From a virus (Duplodnaviria; Heunggongvirae; Uroviricota; Caudoviricetes): a stretch of 20,819 nucleotides of DNA. This document shows, piece by piece, positions 9,172 through 17,711 of this stretch. Where the stretch lies: the IMG/VR virus record IMGVR_UViG_2526164688_000024; one strand, 5' to 3'. The notes under the pieces are model-generated. The model was not told where the DNA came from. It did no database searches and saw nothing but the letters and a program-made list of their open reading frames with translations. Within the stretch, counting starts at the first letter, position 1; the number at the start of each line of letters is the position of its first letter. Made by a program: the position numbers and the translations under genes.

Positions 9172-9327
9172 TCAACTCAAGAGCCTTATTGCTGCTTCCA
9201 GAATTTCTTCTGAAGTAACATGTCGATCCGCGGCTACATAAATGACTTTATGATCTCCGGTCAGAGATGGAAACCCTGCGGCCATTACAGTAAGGTGTGT
9301 TTTTTCGCCATTTGGATATTCACGCAT
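9172..9327 (-). CDS. ynfN: YnfN-like small protein (51 aa from internal ATG)
   Basis: ORF track 9172..9363 (63 aa); internal ATG at 9327..9325 gives 51 aa (MREYPNGEKTHLTVMAAGF...), matching the size and position (between gnsB and cspI) of K-12 ynfN as I recall it. Confidence 0.5.
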   Translation of the reverse strand: MREYPNGEKTHLTVMAAGFPSLTGDHKVIYVAADRHVTSEEILEAAIRLLS

Positions 9328-9445
9328 GATGGTGTTAACTCCAGTCATCGCTGGCACTACCACTGCTGGTTCAGAGTTAAAAAAACTATGATTTTTTTCA
9401 TGATGTTACCGTAGTATGTGAGTATCCATCGAATAGATACCAAGC

Positions 9446-9465
9446 AAAAAAGCTCCCGAAGGAGC
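9446..9465 (-). terminator. Rho-independent terminator downstream of cspI (minus strand)
   Basis: GCTCC-cgaa-GGAGC stem (9452..9465) followed on the minus strand by UUUUUU (plus-strand A-run 9446..9451). Confidence 0.5.
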
Positions 9466-9673
9466 CTTCATTTTCACTTTTTTTAAATCCAACGACAGAC
9501 GGCTGGCATTTAAGTATTGTGAAATATTATCAAATGTAATCATCATTGATTTACAAAAGATACATTTTGCCCCGAAAGGATTCATGTCAGAAACATCAAA
9601 AGATGATGTTCTATACTGGGAACCATGACAACACGGGCATCTAAAGTGAATATGGTTTGTAATATTGTCTACC

Positions 9674-9886
9674 TCAAAGCGCCACTACATGAACAGCGGC
9701 AGGACCTTTAGGTCCGTTCTCAATACCAAATTCAACTTCCTGATTCTCAGTTAATGTTTTGAAATCGTTGCTCTGAATTGCTGAGAAATGGACAAACACA
9801 TCTTTGCTGCCATCTTTCGGCGTGATGAAACCAAAACCTTTTTCAGGGTTAAACCATTTCACTAAACCAGTCATTTTGTTAGACAT
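9674..9886 (-). CDS. cspI: Cold-shock protein CspI
   Basis: 70-aa [73 protein letters not shown], matches recalled CspI; RNP1/RNP2 cold-shock-domain motifs (KGFGFI, VFVHF); long AT-rich 5' leader upstream. Confidence 0.9.
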   Translation of the reverse strand: MSNKMTGLVKWFNPEKGFGFITPKDGSKDVFVHFSAIQSNDFKTLTENQEVEFGIENGPKGPAAVHVVAL

Positions 9887-10248
9887 AATTATTACCTTTT
9901 GAAGAAATTAGCCCTTGGGCAGAATGGTCCGAAAAAAAATATCAGAGAGAAAAACCAACAAGGAAATCTCAAGAGGTACAAATAATAAAATTATAACAAT
10001 GACTGCTTCAGATAAATTTGTAACAAACCAGAACACCATTAACGCATGATTAACCACCCATAGCAAGGATTACTTTTGTAAAGAAAAACACAGCAATGAA
10101 AGAATAGCTTTATTTATTAATAAAACGTGTCATTCTGATTAAGACCTTTTATCTTACCCTTAAGATTTCAGGAATTTTGGCTCATGGAAGAGTCCTTTTT
10201 ATTTAAATTTTACATTCCGCGATGTAAATGTTCCGATTTAATATTACC

Positions 10249-11272
<1,024 letters not shown>

Positions 11273-11276
<4 letters not shown>

Positions 11277-11584
11277 ATATATTTATGATGAGGACGCTCG
11301 TGCTTATTGGCAGGATTTTCAATCTTAAAGGAGTACTGATGCTGCAGATAAGACTCAACTTTTTCTGACAATTTTTCTGCTACTTCCAGGAAGACTTGCC
11401 GGACGCTCCTTCTGGCTGCTGCCTCATAAAACTCCAGCGCAGCTCCTTCAACACGGTCCATGGCGACATCCAGGTCAAAAATTTCACCGTCAAAGCGTTC
11501 CTTGTCCTGTAAGGCTACAGTTACCGTAACTTTATTCTCAAAATTACGGACTCCTTTCACAACCAGTTCATAGTCTTGAGTCAT
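11273..11584 (-). CDS. ydfR: DUF1327-family protein between holin and endolysin (YdfR-like)
   Basis: 103-aa ORF with ATG 11584..11582; position and sequence match my recollection of K-12 Qin ydfR; function unknown. Confidence 0.55.
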
Positions 11585-11588
11585 TGGA

Positions 11589-11804
11589 TTACTCTCCTCT
11601 CGCAGCCTTACGCCTGTCTTCTTTAATCTTGAAATAAAGATTTGTCAGATACGTCAGCAGGCCAAAAACCAGGCTACCCAGCACACCGATTGCAGCCCAC
11701 TGTGACGGAGTTACTTTATCGAGTAACTGTAATGCCCAGAAACCAGCATTACCCGCCGATGTGCCATAGGCAACACCTGTTGTTAACTTATCCATTGATT
11801 TCAT
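11589..11804 (-). CDS. essQ: Class II pinholin (phage 21 S-like) with dual start MKSM
   Basis: ORF track 11589..11882; ATG at 11804 and second ATG at 11795 give [71 protein letters not shown], near-identical in pattern to recalled S21 holin ([71 protein letters not shown]). Confidence 0.85.
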   Translation of the reverse strand: MKSMDKLTTGVAYGTSAGNAGFWALQLLDKVTPSQWAAIGVLGSLVFGLLTYLTNLYFKIKEDRRKAARGE

Positions 11805-12023
11805 ATCCTCACCCCGATGTACACGGATGGTGCAATATGTTTGAAAAAGATCGGAGTCTACGGGGTAGTTTTGACAGCACACGTTGTTCTCAACGGCGCT
11901 AAAGAAACATACACATTAAAAATGTGAGTAATTATTTTGAAAGAAAGTCATATATAAAATAATAATACGAGAAATGTTTTCATATTTAGTGTACTGTATA
12001 CGGCCATTATACAGGAAAAGCCT

Positions 12024-12194
12024 ATGTCAGAACGTAAAGACTCAAAATCACGCCGTAATTATCTCGTTAAATGTTCCTGCCCAAACTGCACCCAAGAGTC
12101 AGAACACAGTTTTTCAAGAGTACAAAAAGGTGCCCTTTTGATCTGCCCTCATTGCAACAAAGTATTCCAGACAAATCTTAAAGCTGTAGCCTGA
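12024..12194 (+). CDS. ynfU: Small zinc-ribbon protein (56 aa), YnfU-like
   Basis: ATG 12024 after AGGAAAAG; MSERKDSKSRRNYLVKCSCPNCTQESEHSFSRVQKGALLICPHCNKVFQTNLKAVA with two CxxC pairs; below ORF-track cutoff; matches my recollection of the Qin small protein YnfU. Confidence 0.65.
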   Translation: MSERKDSKSRRNYLVKCSCPNCTQESEHSFSRVQKGALLICPHCNKVFQTNLKAVA

Positions 12195-12251
12195 TTGATT
12201 TTATTAGTAACAAGTATTTTTTATATTTTAATAATATATTTAAAGCAGATA

Positions 12252-12276
12252 ATAAAAAACCCGCCTGAGCGGGTTT
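12252..12276 (-). terminator. Rho-independent terminator (strong on minus strand, weak on plus)
   Basis: ACCCGC-ctga-GCGGGT stem (12259..12274) followed on the minus strand by UUUUUUAU (plus-strand A-run 12254..12259). Confidence 0.55.
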
Positions 12277-12557
12277 GAGATTGTGGTGCTTTTTGTGGGA
12301 GTCATCCACTTACGCACTTTGTTTTGCGATGCCAGCAGTTAGCTTCTGCTGTGAAACTATTCATGCAGCAAACCTGCACTTCACCACAATGGTTAGCATA
12401 CTTTTCCTGATTAAGATTTTGCCAAATATGCTAGCCATTGTTTCATGTATTGGACCTCCTTACTTTTTATTAAAGAGATCCAATATTCACTACTCTGTCC
12501 GTATCTCTACTCAGGCATCAGCCTTCTTCGTTATCGTATACAGACGAGCGATGAATT

Positions 12558-12773
12558 TTAATCAGTAATGATGACATTTGCTGCTGCAGGACCTTTAGCA
12601 CCTCTCTCTATAGAGAAGGTAACCTTTTGACCTTCAAATAAGGTTCGATAATTATCATTCTGAATCGCAGAAAAATGCACAAACACATCTTTACTACCAT
12701 CAACAGGAGAAATAAAGCCGAAACCTTTATCAGCGTTAAACCATTTTACTAAACCAGTCATTTTATTTGACAT
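12558..12773 (-). CDS. cspB: Cold-shock protein CspB
   Basis: 71-aa [59 protein letters not shown]..., matches recalled CspB; 5' leader contains the csp 'upstream box' GCCGAAAGGC (minus strand, ~12790). Confidence 0.9.
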   Translation of the reverse strand: MSNKMTGLVKWFNADKGFGFISPVDGSKDVFVHFSAIQNDNYRTLFEGQKVTFSIERGAKGPAAANVIITD

Positions 12774-13071
12774 TCTACATTCCTTAACTTGAGCCTTTCG
12801 GCATAAATGGTTTGCATAACAGAAACGACTTCGTACTTAATTGGAGAGACTCAAAGAAGGAATAAGTGAATAACACCTGAAATGAGAACTGCTTTAGTAA
12901 ACTACTTCGTATATCGTCTGTTCTTCAAACCGACGCAGTCATTAACTCATAGTTGAACATATGAAGCAATGTTTATTTTAGACATCCAGCCACCTTCAAT
13001 CCTATCAAAAAAGTAGTTTTCTCCAGGAACGTGTGTATGGTGCACCAGGTTATCAGTATTAAGGAGTTTTT

Positions 13072-13312
13072 CTGTCCCCTAAAATGACAGGAATTGTCAA
13101 AAACTTTGACTACAAAAGCAGCAAAGGTCTTATATTCCCATCCGATGGCGTATCGATGCCCAGCTTCACGTTTCAGCTCTCAATCTTCGAGATGCAGAAG
13201 AAATTACCACAGGATTACGCGTGGAATTTTGCTGGATAAATGGTTCGCGTGGACCTTCAACTGCCAATGTTTATCCCGGGATGAGATTCAATATCTCTAT
13301 TGCCCCATTTAA
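13072..13312 (+). pseudogene. cspF: cspF remnant (start codon CTG, internal frameshift, no canonical stop)
   Basis: AAGGAG at 13061..13066 is followed 5 nt later by CTG TCC CCT AAA ATG ACA GGA ([26 protein letters not shown]; recalled CspF begins MSRKMTGIVK...); after ...SDG the CspF-like sequence continues in another frame ([42 protein letters not shown]) and runs on without the expected stop. Confidence 0.55.
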
Positions 13313-13313
13313 A

Positions 13314-13352
13314 GCACAAAAACCCGCTTATAAGCGGGTTTTCTACTTTTTT
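13314..13352. terminator. Bidirectional rho-independent terminator (candidate tR' of the late operon and cspF terminator)
   Basis: Perfect 20-bp palindrome AACCCGCTTA|TAAGCGGGTT (13321..13340) flanked by AAAAA upstream and TTCTACTTTTTTC downstream. Confidence 0.6.
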
Positions 13353-13374
13353 CTAAACGTCGGATACACAAAGC

Positions 13375-13417
13375 CCATCGTTGAGAAAATCTTATCCATA
13401 TTTTTTGAAAAATGCAA
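13375..13417 (-). promoter_or_regulatory. Candidate late promoter PR' with sigma70-dependent pause element, just downstream of Q
   Basis: Minus strand: -35 TTGCAT (13417..13412), 17-nt spacer, -10 TAAGAT (13394..13389), then AACGAT (13380..13375) at about +2..+7, the same -10-like pause-inducing hexamer I recall for lambda PR'; terminator hairpin follows within ~60 nt. Confidence 0.5.
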
Positions 13418-13448
13418 ACATCATGTCGCCATCTTCAGCAAAAATCAT

Positions 13449-14201
13449 TTATCTCGTCACCTTCCTCAATTGCGCTTCCGCGTATGCTTCTTCCTGCCAG
13501 CACTTTGTTACCAGTTTACCAATGACGTCCGCATACCCCTTATACCACTGATAATCGGTCAGGTCTGGTACCAGCTTCTGGACATGACGTCGTGCCAGCG
13601 TGGTCGGTAAACGACTAAACCGGTTTCCATTACAACGCCCACAAATCTTATATACCGGTACGCCATGAAACCGGGTTCTTTTTTCATCCAGAACAATCCC
13701 TTTACCCTTACACCCTCTGCACGCTGTGCTGACTTCGCCCTTACCATGGCAATGCTGACATAGTTCCTTCACCCATTCTTCCTTGATTACAGATTCCCCG
13801 CGTCTGTAGTGTTTCACCACTTCGCGCAATACATTATAAAATCCCGTACCTGAACAATGCTCACAGCGAGCCTTACTTGCCGCAGACCTGGAGTAATCAG
13901 CAAAGGCAAAATTCACGAGGTAAGGAATAATCTGTAACCGGATTTCTTCACTCAATTTGTTCAATGTCGGGTTATCCAGTGCCATCGCGTAATTTAGCAG
14001 GCCTTCAATCGCAAACTGAGCGTCCTGAACACCAACTTTTGCCAGAAATAAGGCCAACCCAAGTGGTGCTTTCGACTGCACCATCCCCTGCGCTGCCATT
14101 ACATCCGTAATTGTTAAACAACCGGTGCCTGTCGCTGGAGCGTCATCGCTCAATTTTGGAGATTTTGGGGAGTAATATTTTGGTAAGGCTTCAAGGTTCA
14201 T
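13449..14201 (-). CDS. quuQ: Late-gene antiterminator Q (phage 82/21-type, Zn-finger)
   Basis: ORF track 13449..14231; start ATG 14201..14199 after GGAGAA gives 250 aa ([16 protein letters not shown]...); multiple CxxC pairs ([30 protein letters not shown]); position immediately upstream of late promoter/lysis genes. Confidence 0.75.
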   Translation of the reverse strand: MNLEALPKYYSPKSPKLSDDAPATGTGCLTITDVMAAQGMVQSKAPLGLALFLAKVGVQDAQFAIEGLLNYAMALDNPTLNKLSEEIRLQIIPYLVNFAFADYSRSAASKARCEHCSGTGFYNVLREVVKHYRRGESVIKEEWVKELCQHCHGKGEVSTACRGCKGKGIVLDEKRTRFHGVPVYKICGRCNGNRFSRLPTTLARRHVQKLVPDLTDYQWYKGYADVIGKLVTKCWQEEAYAEAQLRKVTR

Positions 14202-14214
14202 GCTCGTTCTCCAC

Positions 14215-15264
14215 TTACGCCAGTACGCCAATTGCCAGCGCGCGATCGATAAAACGAAATATCAGCTCCAGTTGGGAGCCATACTTCTCTTCAAATGCCA
14301 CTGTATCCGTATGCAGCTCGTTGTGATGCTTTCTGCACAAAGGCAACACAAAGAGATCATGTGCTTTTGTTCCCATTCCGCCCTGCCCGTGACCAATCAG
14401 ATGATGCGGATCGTCGGCTGGCATACCGCAGCAAGCACACGGCTGTGTCTTAACCCAACGTGTGTATTTCTCCTTAACCCAGCGGCGACGTTTAGGCAGC
14501 TTCATGAAAGATTCCGGAGACTCTGGATCAACGGTGATGCTTACCACCGCCTTTTCCTGTGGTGTTTTTTGTTGCTGGTGGGCGTAAGGCAACGGTGCAA
14601 GATTTTTTGTGCGTTGTTTCAATATGCTGGTGGCGGTCTGCTCTCCCGGTACGATGTCGCTTTCGCGGTACACCGAGCAGATTTTTTCCGCTGGTAATCC
14701 CAGCGAACGACGCGATACAGCCTCAGGTAGTGCATCCACCACCTGATTGCAGACCGCCCACCAGGATAATTCAGCCAAAGATAATTCCCGCTCCTGCGTA
14801 CCGCTTATTGCGTGACCGATGACGTCAATCATCCATGCTGTCAGATTTTGTTGAGCAAGCAGCTCCAGTGATTCCGATGTCTGGTCACGCAGTTGGTTGT
14901 CGCAGTGCCAACACAACACCATTGCGCCGGTACCATAACGGTGAATGACTGTTTCAGAGTGATGGTAATCGCCATTAGGCCACTGGCAGGATGTAACATG
15001 ACGTAATAGCCAGTCAGACAATGCGCCAACACCGCCAGCAGCACGAATCACCCGTTCGTTACTAAAAAACGGCAGCAATGTTTTGTCTTCCGCCAGCGAC
15101 TGGCGAACGGCAGGAACGACTCCGGATGGCAGATTACGCATGCTTTTTGGTTCCGGTTCCACCAGCACTCGAGGATTATGAAATATCTGTATGGATTCAC
15201 GGCCCGGCTTAAGGACCACCAGCCCAAGCTCAGGCACCAGAACAGGTCTAAGTAATACCCGCAC
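14215..15264 (-). CDS. ydfU: DUF968-family protein with C-terminal HNH-like Cys/His motif (YdfU-like)
   Basis: ORF track 14215..15303; probable GTG start at 15264..15262 with GGAGGT 4 nt upstream (349 aa); C-terminal CACCG...DDPHHLIGHG...CRKHHNELH resembles HNH/zinc-finger nuclease motifs. Confidence 0.6.
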   Translation of the reverse strand: MRVLLRPVLVPELGLVVLKPGRESIQIFHNPRVLVEPEPKSMRNLPSGVVPAVRQSLAEDKTLLPFFSNERVIRAAGGVGALSDWLLRHVTSCQWPNGDYHHSETVIHRYGTGAMVLCWHCDNQLRDQTSESLELLAQQNLTAWMIDVIGHAISGTQERELSLAELSWWAVCNQVVDALPEAVSRRSLGLPAEKICSVYRESDIVPGEQTATSILKQRTKNLAPLPYAHQQQKTPQEKAVVSITVDPESPESFMKLPKRRRWVKEKYTRWVKTQPCACCGMPADDPHHLIGHGQGGMGTKAHDLFVLPLCRKHHNELHTDTVAFEEKYGSQLELIFRFIDRALAIGVLA

Positions 15265-15265
15265 G

Positions 15266-15544
15266 TTACCTCCAGATCCGTTGCTGGAAAGTGCGGGACG
15301 CACGTGGTGGGCGTTCGGAGTAAGGCAATCTGACTGAGATTATCCAGTGACGGTAGTCGAGGCTAAGGGCTTTCTTAACCTCGTATCCGCGCCTGCGGTA
15401 ACACTGAATTATCCATTCAGCCTGCTCTTCAGTGCATGGAGGGTGTTGGAACCATTCAGACTTGAATGCGTGAGAATACCGCTCGTGCGTGCAGACAAGA
15501 ACGGGCGAATTATCAGAATTGTAATATTTTACGTTGCGTGCCAT
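15266..15544 (-). CDS. Hypothetical basic protein (92 aa), translationally adjacent to ydfU
   Basis: ATG 15544..15542 after GGAGAAAA; stop TAA at 15268..15266 is 1 nt from the ydfU GTG start; Cys/His-containing, Arg-rich C-terminus; no recognised homologue. Confidence 0.4.
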   Translation of the reverse strand: MARNVKYYNSDNSPVLVCTHERYSHAFKSEWFQHPPCTEEQAEWIIQCYRRRGYEVKKALSLDYRHWIISVRLPYSERPPRASRTFQQRIWR

Positions 15545-15610
15545 CGGTTTTCTCCGGTGGCACGGTGTTACTCAGCGGGAGTTCAGCCCCGCGCAAGATT
15601 GTAGATGAGT

Positions 15611-15862
15611 TTATTCTTCTGCAAAAGCTGAAAAGCCTGCTTTTATTCCGATCTCTTTCAGTGCCTGTAATGAAGTGACAAACTCACCTTCGCGCAAGAT
15701 AAATCCGTCTGTCACTCGACCATCCACAAAATTAATTAACGCAGCCCCATTCTTTCGCAAACACATAATGCGGTAATGACTAACAAAATTTCCATTTTCA
15801 ACGCACACAGCATAGAGGCCATCTTCACAAAAAATTTTACGCAGTTCTTCGATGTTCATCAT
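15611..15862 (-). CDS. rem: Rem-like small prophage protein (83 aa)
   Basis: 83-aa ORF MMNIEELRKIFCEDGLYAVCVENGNFVSHYRIMCLRKNGAALINFVDG...; size and position (between ydfU and hokD) match K-12 Qin rem as I recall it. Confidence 0.6.
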   Translation of the reverse strand: MMNIEELRKIFCEDGLYAVCVENGNFVSHYRIMCLRKNGAALINFVDGRVTDGFILREGEFVTSLQALKEIGIKAGFSAFAEE

Positions 15863-15980
15863 CAGAATCCTTCCGGATAATTAGCTCTCCCCTTTAAGGG
15901 ACCATCCCTCTTATCCCTGCGCGCTACTTAAGTATTTTTGATTCTATTCCGGCACCGTCCAGAACTTCAAACGCGTTGAA

Positions 15981-16010
15981 AATAAAAACAAAAACCCGCC
16001 GAAGCGGGTT
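15981..16010 (-). terminator. Rho-independent terminator after relB-relE-hokD operon (minus strand)
   Basis: AACCCGC-cgaa-GCGGGTT stem (15993..16010) followed on the minus strand by UUUUGUUUUUAUU (plus-strand A-rich 15981..15993). Confidence 0.55.
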
Positions 16011-16078
16011 AAGTGCGGGTGCGTTGAGGATGCCTGCCACATCAGAGGTGGCGAGGGATTTCTCCCTCGCCGGGTTTC

Positions 16079-16234
16079 TTACTCCTCAGGTTCGTAAGCT
16101 GTGAAGACAGCGACCTCCGTCTGGCCGGTTCGGATTCGTACCTCGCAGAGGTCTTTCCTCGTTACCAGTGCCGTCACTATGACGGTTAAACAGATGACGA
16201 TCAGGGCGATTAACATCGCCTTTTGCTGCTTCAT
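16079..16234 (-). CDS. hokD: Hok-family membrane toxin HokD (RelF), 51 aa
   Basis: Not in ORF track (<60 aa). Minus-strand ATG 16234..16232 to TAA 16081..16079 translates MKQQKAMLIALIVICLTVIVTALVTRKDLCEVRIRTGQTEVAVFTAYEPEE, matching recalled HokD; perfect 9-bp hairpin GGCGAGGGA-tttc-TCCCTCGCC (16051..16072) just 3' of the gene. Confidence 0.9.
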   Translation of the reverse strand: MKQQKAMLIALIVICLTVIVTALVTRKDLCEVRIRTGQTEVAVFTAYEPEE

Positions 16235-16305
16235 AGCCTGCTTCTCCTGTCAACGCAAAGCAGAAGTGTCACCTTCGGTGCGAAACAGAGATGTCATGCT
16301 TTGGT

Positions 16306-16593
16306 TCAGAGAATGCGTTTGACCGCCTCGCTATATACTTCCGAGCGTTCTCTTTTCCCAACAGAAATCACGAAAACGACAACTTTCTCGTCTATAACCT
16401 GGTATACAAGGCGATAGCCTGAAGACCGGAGCTTAATCTTGTAACAATCAGGCATACCACGGAGCTTGTTTGCTTCAATCCGGGGTGACTCAAGTACTTC
16501 AACCAGCTTCTTTTTCAACTGTTCACGTACCGTCGAGCCCAGCTTTCGCCATTCCTTTAGTGCCCGCTCGTCAAAATCCAGAAAATACGCCAT
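16306..16593 (-). CDS. relE: RelE mRNA interferase toxin
   Basis: 95-aa ORF MAYFLDFDERALKEWRKLGSTVREQLKKKLVEVLESPRIEANKLRGMPDCYKIKLRSSGYRLVYQVIDEKVVVFVISVGKRERSEVYSEAVKRIL, matches recalled E. coli RelE; start overlaps relB stop (TGATG). Confidence 0.95.
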   Translation of the reverse strand: MAYFLDFDERALKEWRKLGSTVREQLKKKLVEVLESPRIEANKLRGMPDCYKIKLRSSGYRLVYQVIDEKVVVFVISVGKRERSEVYSEAVKRIL

Positions 16594-16832
16594 CAGAGTT
16601 CATCCAGCGTCACACGTACTGGCTTAGGATTACGAAGCCGTTCTTTCACTATCTCCACAAGTTCAGCATCTTCATCACTCAGGAGTGTCTGTTTGAACGG
16701 CAAGCGTTCATTGTCAGCGATATACTCGAGCATGAGACGAAGCGCTTCAGAAGGAGTTACACCCATTTTTTCAAGCGCGGCGTAAGAACGCGCTTTAAGT
16801 TCATCGTCAATACGCAGGTTAATGCTACCCAT
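16593..16832 (-). CDS. relB: RelB antitoxin
   Basis: 79-aa ORF MGSINLRIDDELKARSYAALEKMGVTPSEALRLMLEYIADNERLPFKQTLLSDEDAELVEIVKERLRNPKPVRVTLDEL, matches recalled RelB (RHH antitoxin). Confidence 0.95.
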   Translation of the reverse strand: MGSINLRIDDELKARSYAALEKMGVTPSEALRLMLEYIADNERLPFKQTLLSDEDAELVEIVKERLRNPKPVRVTLDEL

Positions 16833-16842
16833 GTCTTACACC

Positions 16843-16894
16843 TCTTGTAATTACAAATGTCATTACAAGTATCGCACTACAACATGCTTAGGGC
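16843..16894 (-). promoter_or_regulatory. relBE promoter with relO operator
   Basis: Minus strand TTGCCC-N17-GATACT followed by CTTGTAATGACATTTGTAATTACAAG (hexad repeats of relO) immediately upstream of the relB SD/ATG. Confidence 0.7.
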
Positions 16895-17162
16895 AAGTCA
16901 CGAAGGAAGTCAGAAAGTAGTCGTAAGAACGGTGATCACTGTCCGCTTTGTGCCAGGAGCAGCCATTGCTAAGTCCATCCTGTATTGTGCAGGTCAGCTC
17001 GTTTTTAAAGAGTCCGGCCATCATCTTACTGGTACAGACACCATATACTTTGTGACGGTCAGGCTACATATGCACAACTCAACTTATTCATCTATTTTTT
17101 GCTTTAGCATGTCAGTGTTGCTTTCTCGTCGGCGGGTGAGCGGTGACCTGACCTGTCGATAA
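16857..17162 (+). CDS. ydfV: YdfV-position ORF (101 aa), doubtful
   Basis: ORF of the size annotated as ydfV in K-12 between relB and flxA, but it starts inside the relO operator, has no clear SD and the protein is low-complexity; kept at low confidence only because of the K-12 precedent. Confidence 0.2.
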   Translation: MSLQVSHYNMLRASHEGSQKVVVRTVITVRFVPGAAIAKSILYCAGQLVFKESGHHLTGTDTIYFVTVRLHMHNSTYSSIFCFSMSVLLSRRRVSGDLTCR

Positions 17163-17314
17163 AGGAACGTAGCACGTTTTATGCAACACCCGCATGCGGC
17201 AGAAAATTATTGCCGAACGTTTACCCCTGTCAACAAGCTTTACTTTCTGAGGCGCGCCAGCCCGCGAGGAAAACAATCTGAACATCAAACAATTAATGAC
17301 ACAAGAAATACGAT

Positions 17315-17341
17315 TAAAGATTTTTTTGTGCATGCCGATAG
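17315..17341 (+). promoter_or_regulatory. Sigma-28 (FliA) class 3 promoter of flxA
   Basis: TAAAGATT (17315..17322) - 11 nt - GCCGATAG (17334..17341), versus FliA consensus TAAAGTTT-N11-GCCGATAA; SD AAAAGGAGAA and ATG follow at 17351..17367. Confidence 0.65.
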
Positions 17342-17364
17342 TGCTTTTTTAAAAGGAGAAATCT

Positions 17365-17697
17365 ATGTCTGTCACAATTCAGGGAAATACCTCAACCGTT
17401 ATTTCAAACAACTCCGCCCCGGAAGGAACATCAGAAATAGCCAAAATCACAAGACAAATTCAGGTGCTGACTGAAAAGCTTGGGAAAATCTCATCGGAAG
17501 AGGGGATGACGACACAGCAGAAAAAAGAAATGGCTGCATTGGTACAGAAGCAAATTGAAAGCCTCTGGGCTCAACTGGAGCAGTTGTTAAGGCAGCAGGC
17601 AGAGAAAAAGAATGAAGACGCGACAGTTCAGCCTGATAAAAAAGAAGAGAAAAAAGACGATACAAATACCGCTGGCACCATTGATATTTACGTCTAA
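17365..17697 (+). CDS. flxA: FlxA (FliA-regulated protein), 110 aa
   Basis: ORF MSVTIQGNTSTVISNNSAPEGTSEIAKITRQIQVLTEKLGKISSEEGMTTQQKKEMAALVQKQIESLWAQLEQLLRQQAEKKNEDATVQPDKKEEKKDDTNTAGTIDIYV; matches recalled FlxA; preceded by a FliA-type promoter. Confidence 0.85.
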   Translation: MSVTIQGNTSTVISNNSAPEGTSEIAKITRQIQVLTEKLGKISSEEGMTTQQKKEMAALVQKQIESLWAQLEQLLRQQAEKKNEDATVQPDKKEEKKDDTNTAGTIDIYV

Positions 17698-17711
17698 GTG
17701 ACAGCCGTATT

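Noticed and set aside
11994-12014. CTGTATA...TATACAG palindrome considered as a LexA (SOS) box
   Set aside because: LexA boxes are CTG-N10-CAG; here the spacing is CTG-N15-CAG, so it does not fit the SOS operator geometry. Retained only as an unassigned palindrome in the findings.
12275-12568. 97-aa plus-strand ORF downstream of ynfU
   Set aside because: Starts inside a terminator hairpin, has no SD, encodes a low-complexity hydrophobic sequence and is antisense to the cspB 3' region; likely spurious.
14200-14697. 165-aa plus-strand ORF antisense to ydfU
   Set aside because: Shadow ORF within the ydfU coding region; Cys/Arg-rich low-complexity translation, no start signals.
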